A DNA stretch of 64,000 nt from Octopus vulgaris. Its lineage: Eukaryota. The stretch lies in contig OX597831.1 in assembly GCA_951406725.2 (NCBI GenBank), positions 71,300,001 to 71,364,000 of the forward strand, given 5' to 3'. The translations under genes were made by a program, and so were the position numbers. Below the pieces are notes generated by a model. It searched no databases, was not told where the DNA came from, and saw only the letters and a list, made by a program, of their open reading frames with translations. Positions 1 through 12,495 of this stretch are shown in pieces (the stretch's first letter is position 1; every line of letters starts with the position of its first letter).

Positions 1-1102
1 ACTTCAGGATTGTCTCTCATTCATGGTCGAGTGTAGTGTCAGATTTAGGCAGAAGCTAAACAAACTATAGCTTAGGGCCTTCAAAGAAGCAAGGGGCTTC
101 GAAATAATAAAAAGGTTCACATATGTTTTCATTTTTGTGAGATAATCTGGTATAGTTTTTTTAACAAGGACCCCCAACAAGATGTGTTTTTCCCAACTAC
201 ATGGTTTCAGATTCAGTGTGCCTTGGGCAAGTGTGTTCAACTGTAGCTCTGGACCAACCAAAGCTTTGTAAGTGGACTTGGTAGATGAAAACTAAAAGAA
301 GCTCATTGTCTATATAAATGTGTGTATGTGTGTGTGTGTGCATAGAGTGTTTGTGTCTGTCCTTCTACTGCTTGGCAACCAATGTTGGTCTGCTTAAATC
401 CCCATAATTTAGCAGTTTGGCAAAAGAAATAGTACAAGACTTTAAAAAATAAGTACTGGGGCAATTTGTTCACCTAAAATCCTTCAAGGTAGTGCCCCAG
501 CATGGCCACTGTGCATTGACCAAAAATGTTTTATATAGCTTATGACTCCACCAGGTCTAACTCCAGCACTGGTTTGAGTGGATATTGTTTTGCAAGATGA
601 TGATAATATTGGAGTGGATTGCAAAATAAAAGACTTTATGCTGAAGAAATTGGTGATGGTCTGCTTTCTTAAAAGTCAGACAAATAAAATACTGAAAATG
701 GAATATTTTTCTGTTTAGAGAAGAAGAGCGTTTTGGGCTGGTTGTTACTCCCTCTCTGAGGAAAAATTCTCTTCTCTGGCAGAGAGTCTTCCCCAGAATG
801 TGTGAAGCTTTCTGTCTTCTGAATATGTAAACCTATTTCCATTTTGTGGACTTAATTGTCTGGAGGGTTTGCCTGAATTTCCTTGTAAAAGGGAGAAATT
901 CTTTTTACTACTATTACTGTGAGAGCTGCTGCTGCTACCACCACCACCAGCACTAGTAGTAGTACTAGTAGTAGTTATTCCCTCTCTTCATCTTCAGCGC
1001 TGTGGAGAAATTATAAGAAACAACCAAGCAAAACAAGAACATAACAATTTATAAGGTTCATGCAGTGAAACAGAGAGATAAATTGAATAGGTTATATATA
1101 TA

Positions 1103-1269
1103 TACTCTTTACTCTTTTACTTGTTTCAGTCATTTGACTGCGGCCATGCTGGAGCACCACCTTTAGTTGAGCAAATCGACCCCGGGACTTATTCTTTGTA
1201 AGTCCAGTACTTATTCTATCGGTCTCTTTTGGTTAGCTAGCTACTTACCACACAGCCACTCCTGCGCCT
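1103..1269 (-). mobile_element. SINE family A, internally deleted copy
   Basis: Reverse complement of the family A head (ggcgcaggagtggctgtgtgg) joined directly to the 3' part with its (gagtaaaa)n tail. Confidence 0.8.
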
Positions 1270-2007
1270 ATGCAGACAATTCTTATGAATGGTGTGCTAG
1301 TGCTGGTGTAAACAGTCATTTGTATTTTTCCTCCTCTGTGGCTTTTGGTCGTTTGGTATCTTCTTGATGTAATTACTCACTGCACTAATTCTTAAATGCT
1401 TCCATCAACCAGATTTTTGATATTTGTTTTACCAAGTTCTTGGACTTGGCTACTTCATAAAATTTCTTTGTGGAGACAGTATTATCTGAAGAAAATAGCA
1501 CTCTTTTGTTCTTAATCTCAGGTAGCCCCAACTGGGCAGACTCATGATCAAAGATATTCTAGCTATGACTGTTCTCTCTATTGTCAAGCATAGTGTGTCA
1601 ATGACTGTATTATCCAATGCATTCTTCACTTTTCAAGACAGCATGGTATGATTTGAAGGAAGGTGGGTGTTTGTTTGCTAATTCCATTAGGTGAATAGCC
1701 AGCCACAAAGAGGCTTCATTATTCTGTTAGTACACAAATCCTATCCGTATATTCATACTATTATATCTAACAAATTCTTGTCTAGTCTGTGTGATTGGAG
1801 AAATCCTCAAACTGTTGACTAGGTGGATCATGAAATGATGCTTTTGTTGTGCATTATAATTTATATGATTTCTAAGGTTGGACACCTTTTCTAACACCAA
1901 CTACATTACTGAGTGGATAAAGTGTATTTTCCTTTAACACCTGCACTAGTGAGATTTCCTTGTACTCCACAAAGCAAAGGAATCTTCACTAATCTATGTT
2001 ATCTCCA

Positions 2008-2298
2008 GTGAGTGGATTTGGGAGACAGAAACTGAAAGAAGCCCGTTGTATATGTGTGTACGTGTGTGCGTGCATGCATGCGTGTGTGTTTGTGTGTGTT
2101 TGTCCCCCCCCCCAACATCACTTGACATCCGATACTGGTGTGTTTGTGTCTCCATAACTTAACAGTTTGGCAAAAGAGACCAATAGACTAAGTACTAGGC
2201 TAACAAAGAATAAGTGCTGGGGTTGATTTGTTCGACTAAAGGCGGTGCTCCAGGATGGCCACAGTCAAATGGCTGAAACAAGTAAAAGAATAAAAGAA
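2008..2298 (+). mobile_element. SINE family A, 5'-truncated copy
   Basis: gtgagtggatttgg...gaaactgaaagaagcccg, internal (TG)n, then ggccacagtcaaatggctgaaacaagtaaaag tail. Confidence 0.8.
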
Positions 2299-2721
2299 TA
2301 TATGAAGTCCTTGTCATGGAATTGGAATTGTAGAATTACTATAGTTCCAGACAGAAAAAAAATGAGTATTCAATTAAGTTATTTTATGTTCCAAATTAAA
2401 ATACTGCAAATGTCAATTTTGATTTTCATCTTTCAAGAGTCAGTAAAGCATCAAGTACAAAATACTGGTACTGATTAAATCAACTCTGCCCCTCCCCCCC
2501 CCACTTAAATCTGAACCTTGTGCCTCTGTTAGAAATCATCATCATCATCATCATAGTGTGCTAACAAAGTTTGCTTTGTAACAATGTGCTTTCAGGTTTC
2601 ACCACTCTGAGTGGCACCTTGAGCAAATGTGTCCTATCTATAACCACAATTTGTCGTATATGTCACATGTGAGAAATTCATAGGCAGAAATTGTAATGAA
2701 GCATATCATGTGTGTGTGTGT

Positions 2722-2783
<62 letters not shown>

Positions 2784-2929
2784 AAATGTTGCTTCAGTTT
2801 GACTCATTTAGATGACAACTGCAGTATGGTAATTTGAAGGACCAATGAGATAAAAATGATATACTTGAAAAACAAGTAAGAATTGGAAAAAGGTAGGGCA
2901 TCCGGTCATAGAATGTTACCCCAGTAAAT

Positions 2930-3125
2930 ATTCTTTTCTACTCTAGGAACAAGGCCTGACATTTTGGAGGAGGGGGGGGCTAGTTGATTAGATGGACCCT
3001 AGTACACAACTGGTACTTTAAATTATCGACCCCGAAAGGATGAAAGGCAAAGTCGACCTCGGTGGATTTGAACTCAGAACGTGCTTTTCGTCCGGTGCAC
3101 TAACATTTCTGATAGCTCACTGCCT
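2930..3125 (-). mobile_element. SINE family B, degenerate copy
   Basis: Contains the family B core atcgaccccgaaaggatgaaaggcaaagtcgacctcgg also present at 16221, 48268 and 55830. Confidence 0.75.
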
Positions 3126-3317
3126 TCAGAATGCTACCTCAGTAAATATTGCTTAACCTATGCCATCATGAAAAAGGCAAATATAAAAGCAATGATTGTT
3201 GTCGTTGTTGTTGTCGATACTGCTGTTGTTGTTCTTCTTCTTGTTTCTAAATTACTGAATCATATTTTGTTATCCATTCTACTCTTCTAAATCCAACTAT
3301 TTCTGCTTTCAATCCAG

Positions 3318-3380
3318 GGATGATCCCATTGAAAAGATTTTAGCAAACCTAGATAAACAGAGAATCAAAAGTAATTTACG
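3318..3380 (+). CDS. Internal coding exon of a glutamate carboxypeptidase II / NAALADase-like (M28B) gene
   Basis: Acceptor ttctgctttcaatccag and donor CG|gtaagt. Reads DDPIEKILANLDKQRIKSNL(R), resembling GCPII 'KAFLDELKAENIKKFLY'. Ends in phase 2, matching the phase of the exon at 58189. Confidence 0.8.
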
Positions 3381-3964
3381 GTAAGTTTCTATTTATTTCA
3401 CCTTTTTTTCTTATTTCTTTTTTCTTATTGTTTCCCCTTTCACCCACTCACACCCTCTCTCTTGTCTTTCTTTCTCTCTTTCACTACTTTTCCTATCTTC
3501 CTCTCTTCTCTCATCGTTCTTTATTTCCTTTTCCTCGTCATGTTTTCTATTTGTTTTTGACTTCTCTTGCCTCATCTTTGTCTCTATGAATCCAATTATC
3601 AGTTGCTCTCTTTCTCTCCTTATCAACCTCCTGTCCCCTTTTCTCTTTCTCTCTCCCACTTTCATAATACCAATTATTTCTTAGAACAATGCAACTAGAA
3701 AACAAAATAAGAAAATGATAATGATGAGAGCAAGATAGAAAGGGTCATTTTGTTGACCCTGGGTGACTCTTTTCACAAACTATGATGTGGAAGAAGGTTG
3801 GTCCATCGTTCCAGTTTCTCTGGCATACAGCAAGCGGATACATGCTGCACATCTGGTAAAAGTGCCAGGATGTTGAGTTGTTGGCAAAAGTCTTGCTACT
3901 GTACAGTTGACCTGCTCTGTGTCACTAATGCTGCTGCTATTAGTGACTAGGTATACTTGTTTTT

Positions 3965-4133
3965 CCCTTTAGCATTTAAACCGGCCATATCCGGCCAAAA
4001 GTATTCTGCCTGTTTTATGTTCAAAATGGCCAGATCTGGTCTCTCACACCAACCCTACAATATCATTTTAAAAATTAACAGCTACCTCATCAAAATCTCA
4101 TAGCTACAAGATAATGCCTGATTAGTTCAAGGC

Positions 4134-4164
<31 letters not shown>

Positions 4165-4695
4165 GTTTAACGTCCGTTCTCCATGCTAGCATGGGTTGGA
4201 TGGTTCGACCGGGGATCTGGGAAGCCAGAAGGCTGCACCAGACTCCAGTCTTATCTGGCAGTGTTTCTACAGATGGATGCCGTTCCTAACGCCAACGGCC
4301 ACGGTCGGATTGGTGCATTTTACGTGCCACCGGCACGGAAGCCAGTCAAGGTGGCACTGGCTTCGGCCACAATTCGGATGTTGCTTTTTATGTGCCACTG
4401 GCATGGAAGCCAGTCGAGGCGGAGCTGGCATCGGCCATGATTCGGATAGTGCTTTTTACGTACCACCAGTCCAGGGGTCCTGGCATCTGCCGGATGCCAG
4501 TCATAGGATTGGTTCAATTTCGATTCCGATTTCGATTTCACTTGCTCCAGCAGGTCTTCGCAAGCAACGGGGGTTGGCATGGGTGCCTGTCGTCGGATGA
4601 GGTTCGATATCGACTTCGCTTGCCTCAACAGGTCTTTGTGTGTCCAAGGGAGGAAAAAACCTTAATTTTGGTAGAATAATGCGAACAGTAAAGGG
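3965..4695. mobile_element. piggyBac-type MITE interrupted by a family C element (about 4136-4655)
   Basis: Same sequence as the intact MITEs at 33307 and 59498 (ccctttagcatttaaa...taaaggg), split by a (cat)n-tailed element. Confidence 0.75.
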
Positions 4696-5168
4696 TTATA
4701 TAACCTGGTATTGAACACTACTTGGTTGTTTTCTGGCTGCTGTCACTGTTGACAATAAGCAAATCAAGTGATAGATTGAGTCTATTGAACTCAATTAATT
4801 TTAGCCACAAATCTAATGAGTCCAGCTTCACATCCCTGGAATACCACAAATATTGCCTTCCTTTTAACATGACAGATTTGCTGCATCACCTTCAGAACTA
4901 TGTCCAAGACATCCCCAATTAAGAAGTGCATATTTACATTAAAATTTACATTTACTTAAATTAGCAATTCATAGGAAAAAAAATTCTTTCTTCTTTTTTT
5001 TTTTTGATTTTGCAGCTTATTTAAATGTAAGGCATATGTCTAATGTAAAAAAAAATTACATACCATGTTTACCACCCAGATAGTCAACCAAGTTATTAAA
5101 GAAATCATATGCAGAAACTGGCATAGCTACTTAATTGTGGTGGTCACTAAGTATAGTGACAGAGATGA

Positions 5169-5800
5169 ATGGCTTCTCAGGGCTGTACAAGTCATGAACA
5201 TAATGCAGTAAGTAAAGTTGAGGTGAACTGTAATTTCAATGATGAATTCAATGTGATGATGGGAATCCATCAAGAGTCAATTTTCAATTATCTCCTATTC
5301 ACCATAGTTCTGCAGGCCATCTCAGAGGTGTTTAAAACTGGCTGTTCATGGGAACTCTTGTATGCTGATGATCTAGCACTCCTAAATTATTTTTTTGGAA
5401 ACTGGAAAGAAAATTCCAGACATGGATGCTAAATCTAGAATGAAGGAGTCTGAAGGTAAAAAGTAGCAAAGACAAAAGTTTCAATAAGCAGGAAAGAAGA
5501 CAGGTTCTTGATATTTTTAAGGAAATAACATTGCTCAATATGCAGAAAAGGAGCAGGTATAAACTCCATACACCCAATGTAGTCTATGAACACACACGAA
5601 ATATAGAGGAATCACAAAGGGATTTGCAGAGAATGTATGCTTTGTATGTGATAGATGCACTGGAGCAGTATATACCATTAGCACACAGGATATAGGGTCT
5701 CTTAAATACCTAAATGCCTCACTAGAAGTACTTGATAGTTTTTGATAGATGTAATTAGCAAGGTAGGTGGTTGCTCTGGATGGATGCTTGGAGACGCTAG
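5169..5800 (+). mobile_element. Decayed RTE-clade LINE reverse transcriptase fragment
   Basis: ORF contains GIHQES..LLFTIVLQAIS...WELLYADDLAL (RT core with YADD); stops and frameshifts follow. Confidence 0.8.
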
Positions 5801-6039
5801 GCACATTATATAAATCTACTGATTTATTGTGTCTCTACAGCAGGAAACTATTACTAACTCATATTTAAACATTGTCCATGTGGTAAGTAGCTTGCTAACC
5901 AACCACATGGTTCTGGGTTCAGTCCCACTGCGTGGCTGCTTGGGCAAGTGTCTTCTGCTATAACCTCGGGCCGACCAAAGCCTTGTGAGTGGATTTGGTA
6001 GACGGAAACTGAAAGAAGCCCGTCGTATATATATATATA

Positions 6040-6571
6040 GATATAGATAAGAAAGTTGGTTTGTGAAAGCACGTGGTTGAATATATAGAAAATAGTAAAA
6101 AGTGAAAAAACTACAGAAGGCTTGTTTTAAAAGGTTAAAAAATATATATTTGAGTCAATATGTCTGAAGAATGTTATAAATTTTTTTCTTACAATGACAT
6201 AGTTTAGAAGAAAGACCGGTTTCGCGTTTAGCTTTTCAAATTTCTTACGTCGTTATGTTTATGTTGAGAAGAGTTCTAAATAAGGGGAAGTAATAAGTGA
6301 TTTCTTCCGGTGTAAGGGAGATAATCGGTTAAAATTGTTTTCCTTTCCTTTGGGGTGAATTTCTCTGTATAAGTATGTTGGAATGGTTAAGTCTGCGCTT
6401 GTACTTTTCAATGAAGAATGTTTCCTTGTTTAGTCTAGTTTGTGTTGATGATCCGATAGCACATTGGTAAAATGGAAAGATTAAAAATTGTGGTAGTAGT
6501 TGCTTTGCGCATTTCTCAATGTGCTCACTAAAAGGTATCATTCTGTATTCTGGGAATGCAATCTGTTGTCG
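6040..6571 (-). mobile_element. Penelope-like element 3' fragment (GIY-YIG endonuclease C-terminus plus pseudo-LTR)
   Basis: Minus frame RQQIAFPEYRMIPFSEHIEKCAK...FLIFPFY...RLNKETFFIEKYKRRLN fits the PLE EN end (H..C / E..FI..Y...LN). A hammerhead-like motif follows. Confidence 0.75.
6208..6246 (-). ncRNA. Minimal type-I hammerhead-like motif, U3:A8 core variant
   Basis: Minus strand: AAGAAA T TTGAAAA GC TAAAC GC GAAA CCGGTC TTTCTT. Stem I AAGAAA/TTTCTT, palindromic stem III, GUC site. Confidence 0.6.
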
Positions 6572-7166
6572 ATATATATATATGTATGTATGTTTGTGTG
6601 TTTGTGTTTGTCCCCCTAACATCGCTTGACAACCAATGCTAGTGTGTTTACGCCCCCGTCACTTAGCGGTTCGGCAAAAGAGGTGGATACAATAAGTACT
6701 GGGATTACAAAGAATAAGTCCTGGGGTCGATTTGCTCGACTAAAGGCAGTGCTCCAGCATGGCCGCAGTCAAATGACTGAAACAAGTAAAAGAAAGTAAA
6801 AGAAAGTAAATATATGTATGTATGTATACATCTATGTATGTCTGTCTGTCTATGTATGTATGTGTGTGTGTGTGTATATATACATATATGTATGTATGTA
6901 TATATATATGGTACATGAGAGATGGAAGAAATGAAAATTCTTATTAATCACTACAATAGTTTGGACACACCTTGCATCAATTCTTCATGGGTGAGATACT
7001 TGACAACTGGTTCAGGAGCATCCGACAGCGCAGATGTGTCTCTTTGGGTGATAAATAGATATAATTTGTTAAAACAACAGTTCTGCTATGTATCTTTTCA
7101 TTTCATATAAAGAAAAGCAGTAAATTAAAGCATACAGCGTCATTGATATAGAAGATTAATAATGAA

Positions 7167-7334
7167 AGTGGCTGTGTGGTAAGTAGCTTGCTAACCAACC
7201 ACATGGTTCCGGGGTTCAGTCCCACTGCATGGCATCATGGGCGAGTGTCTTCTACTATAGCCCCGGGCCGACCAATGCCTTGTGAGTGGATTTGGTAGAC
7301 GGAAACTGAAAGAAGCCTGTCGTATATATGTATG

Positions 7335-7367
<33 letters not shown>

Positions 7368-7830
7368 TTGTATGTCTGTGTATGTTCCCCTAGCATTGCT
7401 TGACAACCGATGCTGGTGTGTTTATGTCCCCGTCACTTAGCGGTTCGGCAAAAGAGACCGATATAATAAGTACTGGGCTTACAAAGAATAAGTCCCAGAG
7501 TCGATTTGCTCGACTAAAAGCGGTGCTCCAGCATGGGCACAGTCAAATAACTGAAACAAGTAAAAGGAGTAGCTGTGTGGTAAGTAGCTTCCTTATGTGT
7601 GTGTATATGCTTGTGTGTCTGTGTTTGTTCCCCCAACATCGCTTGACAACCAATGCTGGTGTGTTTATGTCCCCGTAAATTAGCGGTTCAGCAAAAGAGA
7701 CCAATAGAATAAGTACTAGGCTTACAAAGAATGAGTCCTGAGGTTGATTTGCTTGACTAAAGGCGGTGCTTCAGCATGGACACAGTCAAATAACTGAAAC
7801 AAGTAAAAGAGTAAAAGAGAGTAAAAGAGT
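7167..7830 (+). mobile_element. SINE family A full copy followed by a second, internally deleted copy
   Basis: A-box-like tggctgtgtgg, B-box-like ggttcagtccc, internal microsatellite, duplicated 3' half. Confidence 0.85.
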
Positions 7831-7884
7831 ATATGTATGTGTATATATGTATATGTATGTGTATATATGTGTATGTATATATAC

Positions 7885-7922
<38 letters not shown>

Positions 7923-7938
7923 GCACACATACTCTGAG

Positions 7939-8248
7939 ACCATGCTGGAGCACCACCTTTAGTTGAACAAATCGACCCCAGGATTTATTCTTTGTAAACC
8001 TAGTACTTATTCTATTGATGTCTTTTGCCAAAGTGCTAAGTTAGGAGGATGGAAACACCTACGTCGATTGTCAAGTGATGGTGGAGGGACAAACACAGGT
8101 ACACAAACACACATATATATATACATGACTGGCTTCTTTCTGGAAGCTACAATTGTAGACACATGACCAAAGCGCCATGCAGTGAGACTGAACCCGGAAC
8201 CATCTGGTTGGGAAGCAAGCTTCTTACCACAGAGCCACTCCTACACCT
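7939..8248 (-). mobile_element. SINE family A, degenerate reverse copy
   Basis: ccatgctggagcaccacc...cttaccacagagccactcctacacct is the reverse complement of family A. Confidence 0.75.
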
Positions 8249-8261
8249 ATGTATGTATGTG

Positions 8262-8348
<87 letters not shown>

Positions 8349-8349
<1 letters not shown>

Positions 8350-8537
8350 AGAATAGGATATCTGACTCACTAAAAAGAGCAGTTAAAACTCCATGCCACC
8401 AATTGTTGTAATTCCGAAAGTGATTGGAAAATAAAAACTTTTACCTTAATCCTATTTTGCAATCACTTTCGGAATTACAACAATTGGTGGCATGGAGTTT
8501 TAACTGCTCTTTCTAGCGAGTCAGATATTCTATTCTT
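8349..8537. repeat. Foldback inverted repeat (about 85-bp arms, 19-nt loop)
   Basis: 8349-8433 is the reverse complement of 8453-8537 with few mismatches. Confidence 0.9.
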
Positions 8538-8672
8538 TGGGTATCTCTTTTGTGTTTGAACGTACACTGTATTCTTCTTTGAATAATATATAGTCTATTG
8601 ACTAATTTTTTCTTTTTCACTAGACCACTGGTAACTAAGAATTTTTCGATGAATATTCTTGCTACCCTAAGA

Positions 8673-8712
<40 letters not shown>

Positions 8713-9029
8713 ATAATAATAATATTAGGGAGTATGGCTCCAAACTTACAGGGAAAAATTAGATTTAGTATATATGTATGTATGTTATTAAATGCTCAAA
8801 ATGAGGAGTAGATGTGCAGCCGACTACTGATGAAGTGTCATTCTTTATGTTCCTTTTCTTGTTTTCCTTTTGTTTCTTTTGTCATTTGCATACCCAAGTT
8901 TATCTTCGTATTTCATGTTATTTATATTTTGGGACATGCTGTACCCATATATGCATATATTTATACAGATATATGTACGTATGTACATATATGTATGTAT
9001 ATGTGCATATATATTTTTTTTATTTAAAT

Positions 9030-9069
<40 letters not shown>

Positions 9070-9071
9070 TC

Positions 9072-9107
<36 letters not shown>

Positions 9108-9590
9108 CATATATCTACATACATATATATATCTACATACATATATATATATATCTACGTACATATATATATATATATATGTATATGTACATATATATGT
9201 GTGTGTGTGTGTGTTTAAAGAATAAGGAGAAAATGAAGAGGTAATTAATAATATTCTTTATCAATTATAAAATATGACATCATCTCTGACAGCTGTTTCA
9301 CTTCAGATATTTTTAGATGATTAATTTGTAAAATTAATATCATTATAAGATGAATCTCTTCAGAGATAAAGAGGATATACTGATTAGAAATAGCTGTTGA
9401 GATAACGGCTATGAAACCATTAACTGATAGCAAAAAAAAAAATACAAAAAAAAAAAATATACAAAAAGGAAAGAACAGATTAATACAATATCATAGGGTA
9501 TTGGGAAAGAGAAAAGAAGAAGAGAAGGAAGTTTGGTAACTAACCGGTATTTTCATTGGATTTATGATCTCTTAATGAGGTTTATTACCT

Positions 9591-9635
<45 letters not shown>

Positions 9636-9721
9636 ATATATATTTATATGTACATATATATATATATATGATATATGTATGTATTTATATGTACATATAT
9701 ATATATATATATGTATGTAAA

Positions 9722-9771
<50 letters not shown>

Positions 9772-9971
9772 AGTAGTTGAATGAATTATCTTAGTATGGA
9801 TAATTCGGTTAACCGATACCTGGGTAGCAAATTCACGTCAGAAAAACACGGTTGAAGCTACTTGCCAAGGGCAGAGATCACATGCTTTCGAAATTAGGAA
9901 TATGCAGCCTTCGAAACATATGTCGAGAATAAAGGAATTTTGTTAAAATCGTCGTTCAACTCCATTCTTTC

Positions 9972-10012
<41 letters not shown>

Positions 10013-10161
10013 TCTGACTGGCCTGGTGCAGCCTTCGGGCTCCCCAGACCCCAGTTGAACCGTCCAACCCATGCTAGCATGGAAAACGGACGCTAAATGA
10101 TGATGATGATGATGATGATATATATATGTAATGTATATATGTATGCATTTATATATCTATG

Positions 10162-10198
<37 letters not shown>

Positions 10199-10944
10199 AT
10201 ATGTGAGTATATTTACGTATGTGTATATATATATATATATATATGAATATATAATACAAATAAGAAAATGGAGAAACAAATTTAGTTTGTTCATCAACTT
10301 ACAGATATTATAATGTTGGATTATTTATTCATTTTACAAATGAGAACATCAAAAGCATACAAAAATATTATATAAATCAATAGACAAGATAATAATACAA
10401 ATACAGATTTTAAAAGTCATGTATCTACATATATGTAAATTCATATATGTATATATATATATATATAATAACAAAATAATAAATAAAATATATGCATATA
10501 TACATACATATATGTACATACCTACATCTATATGTATATATACATGCATATACAGTTACAGGACACCAAAAAAACACAGAACACAACGAGAAACGAAAAC
10601 ATAAAAACAAAAACATGGAAACAGACTTTTTCAAACAACGAAAAAACAGAGTACAAGACATACAAAACAAGGAATATTCCCCTTCTTCAGTTGCCCCTGT
10701 TTTGACTACTCTGTGTTTCGAAGGTATGGGCAAAACACGACTTTGTTGAAACAGTCCTTCCCACAAAGCAAATTAAATAAAATTTGGGATTTTTTGCGGA
10801 GGGGTAAAAGTGGTAACAAGAACAGGACAATAAAAACAAAACAAGACAGAAAAAACAATACAAATAAAAACAGTAAAAGACAAGACAAGGAGAATAACAC
10901 CATAAAAACAAATAAGGGCTGTTAAGCCGAGACAATGGAAAAAT

Positions 10945-10977
<33 letters not shown>

Positions 10978-11184
10978 ATATATGTATATATATATATATA
11001 TACATGTATGTATATATATATATATATGTATTTGTGTGTGTATATATATATATATATATACATGTATGTATATATGTATATATATATATATATATACATG
11101 TATGTATATATGTATATATATATATATATGTATTTGTGTGTGTATATATATATATATATACATGTATGTATATATGTATATATG

Positions 11185-11215
<31 letters not shown>

Positions 11216-11222
11216 ATATATG

Positions 11223-11253
<31 letters not shown>

Positions 11254-11300
11254 GGATGTTAAATGTTGGTTGTATATATATACATATATGTATGTATGTA
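10945..11300. repeat. Compound (TA)n/(TATG)n microsatellite, representative of many (e.g. 8940-9215, 9593-9770, 35900-36090, 43790-43945, 44370-44700, 54350-54603, 55178-55440)
   Basis: Directly visible low-complexity tracts; these produce the IYIY/VCVC ORFs in the track. Confidence 0.95.
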
Positions 11301-12206
11301 GGTAGGTAGGCAGGTACATGCATGCATGTGTATGTCAGACAGGTTTCCATACAGTTTACTAAATTTTAAGCTCATAGCATTGCTTAACTTGGGCTGTGTT
11401 AGAATACCTAAGGTACCATACACTAAACTGAAACAAAGCACTATATAGTTGTTAAATGAACTTTGTAACCATACAGCTATGCTTGAGTTTCTCAAAACAA
11501 ATATATTTGTTGTTTTATCATGTTTTAAACACGATGTACACATACACACAAACACACTCTCTTTTTTTCTTGATGATAAGATGTAAAGAAATTAAATGGA
11601 AGTGCTTCTACATATAAGTATGTGTATGTGAATGCATATATATGTGCATGTGCGTGTATATATAGACACACACAAACACTTGCACACACACACACACACA
11701 CACACGCGCGCGCAAAGATACATGTATGTAAAAGTATGTTATACATACGCATATATACACATATTTATATTTTCAATTCCATTCAATTTGTTCAAATCTA
11801 GAGAAGAATACTTTTGCCCAACTGAGCGGCTGGTCCAATTATACAAAGATTTTATGTAAAGAATTAATGAGAGATAATGCCAGAAGCAATCTTTTGTTTA
11901 CTGAGCAATAAGCACACTTAGAAACAATATAAATTTGGACAAGAATATTTTCTCAAAAAACATTTCGCATATTTATGAATCATACAAATATTTAATTTAA
12001 TGATAAAGAAGGAATTTATCATTTGTAGCAGCCTGTATGTTCTTTATTTTGTTTGTAAATGAATAAAACCATTATTAATATATCCAGATCAGATAAATAA
12101 CTGCCTTCATTATCTTGCTGAAAAGAAAAGCTTGAATTTCCAGGTATTTTGTTGGTATTGTTGTTATTTAGTTTCAGGTTAGCTTTTATCTAGTAGACTT
12201 ATATTA

Positions 12207-12495
12207 CAGTTGTACACTGTCAACTTAATGTGACAGTCCCATAAAGGGAATCACACCACTGCTATTTAGCCCTAGCAGGCCTTGCTGCTCCAGACTGATG
12301 ACGAGGAAAGACTCAGAAACATGTCTCTGGTTGCAGGCTTAGCTGGATGGGGGTGCTTGTATCCCCCTTGTAAACATAAGGACACAAGAAATATGTGAAG
12401 GCTGACAGGAAGCGTTGATGCTTCCTAGGGCTAAATAGCGGTTGTGTGACAGTCCCTCTATGGGACTGTCATGTTAAGTTGACAGTTTACAACTG
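12207..12495 (+). mobile_element. Compact inverted-repeat element carrying a hammerhead motif (probably PLE-derived)
   Basis: Arms 12207-12275 and 12425-12495 are reverse complements; the hammerhead lies between them. Confidence 0.7.
12290..12330 (+). ncRNA. Minimal type-I hammerhead ribozyme motif
   Basis: CCAGA CTGATGA CGAG GAAAGA CTCA GAAA CATGTC TCTGG. Stem I CCAGA/TCTGG, canonical core, palindromic ACATGT stem III, predicted cut after C12325. Confidence 0.75.

Larger units (their letters stand above)
5876..6810 (+). mobile_element. SINE family A split by a PLE insertion in its internal (TA)n
   Basis: 5' half at 5876-6039 and 3' half at 6572-6810 are colinear with intact copies (23190, 32303). 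Confidence 0.85.

Noticed and set aside
997-1055. Possible upstream exon (cttcatcttcag ... AAG|gttcat)
   Set aside because: All three frames contain a stop before the donor, and there is no resemblance to a GCPII N-terminus.
10678-10724. Permuted hammerhead-like order on the minus strand (CCTTC GAAA ... GTC ... CTGAAGA AGG)
   Set aside because: The segments that should form stems I and III do not pair.
8814-11350. Long ORFs rich in IY/VC/HT dipeptides (also near 35600, 43730, 44250, 54236 and 55178)
   Set aside because: Translations of (TA)n, (TG)n and (TATG)n microsatellites.
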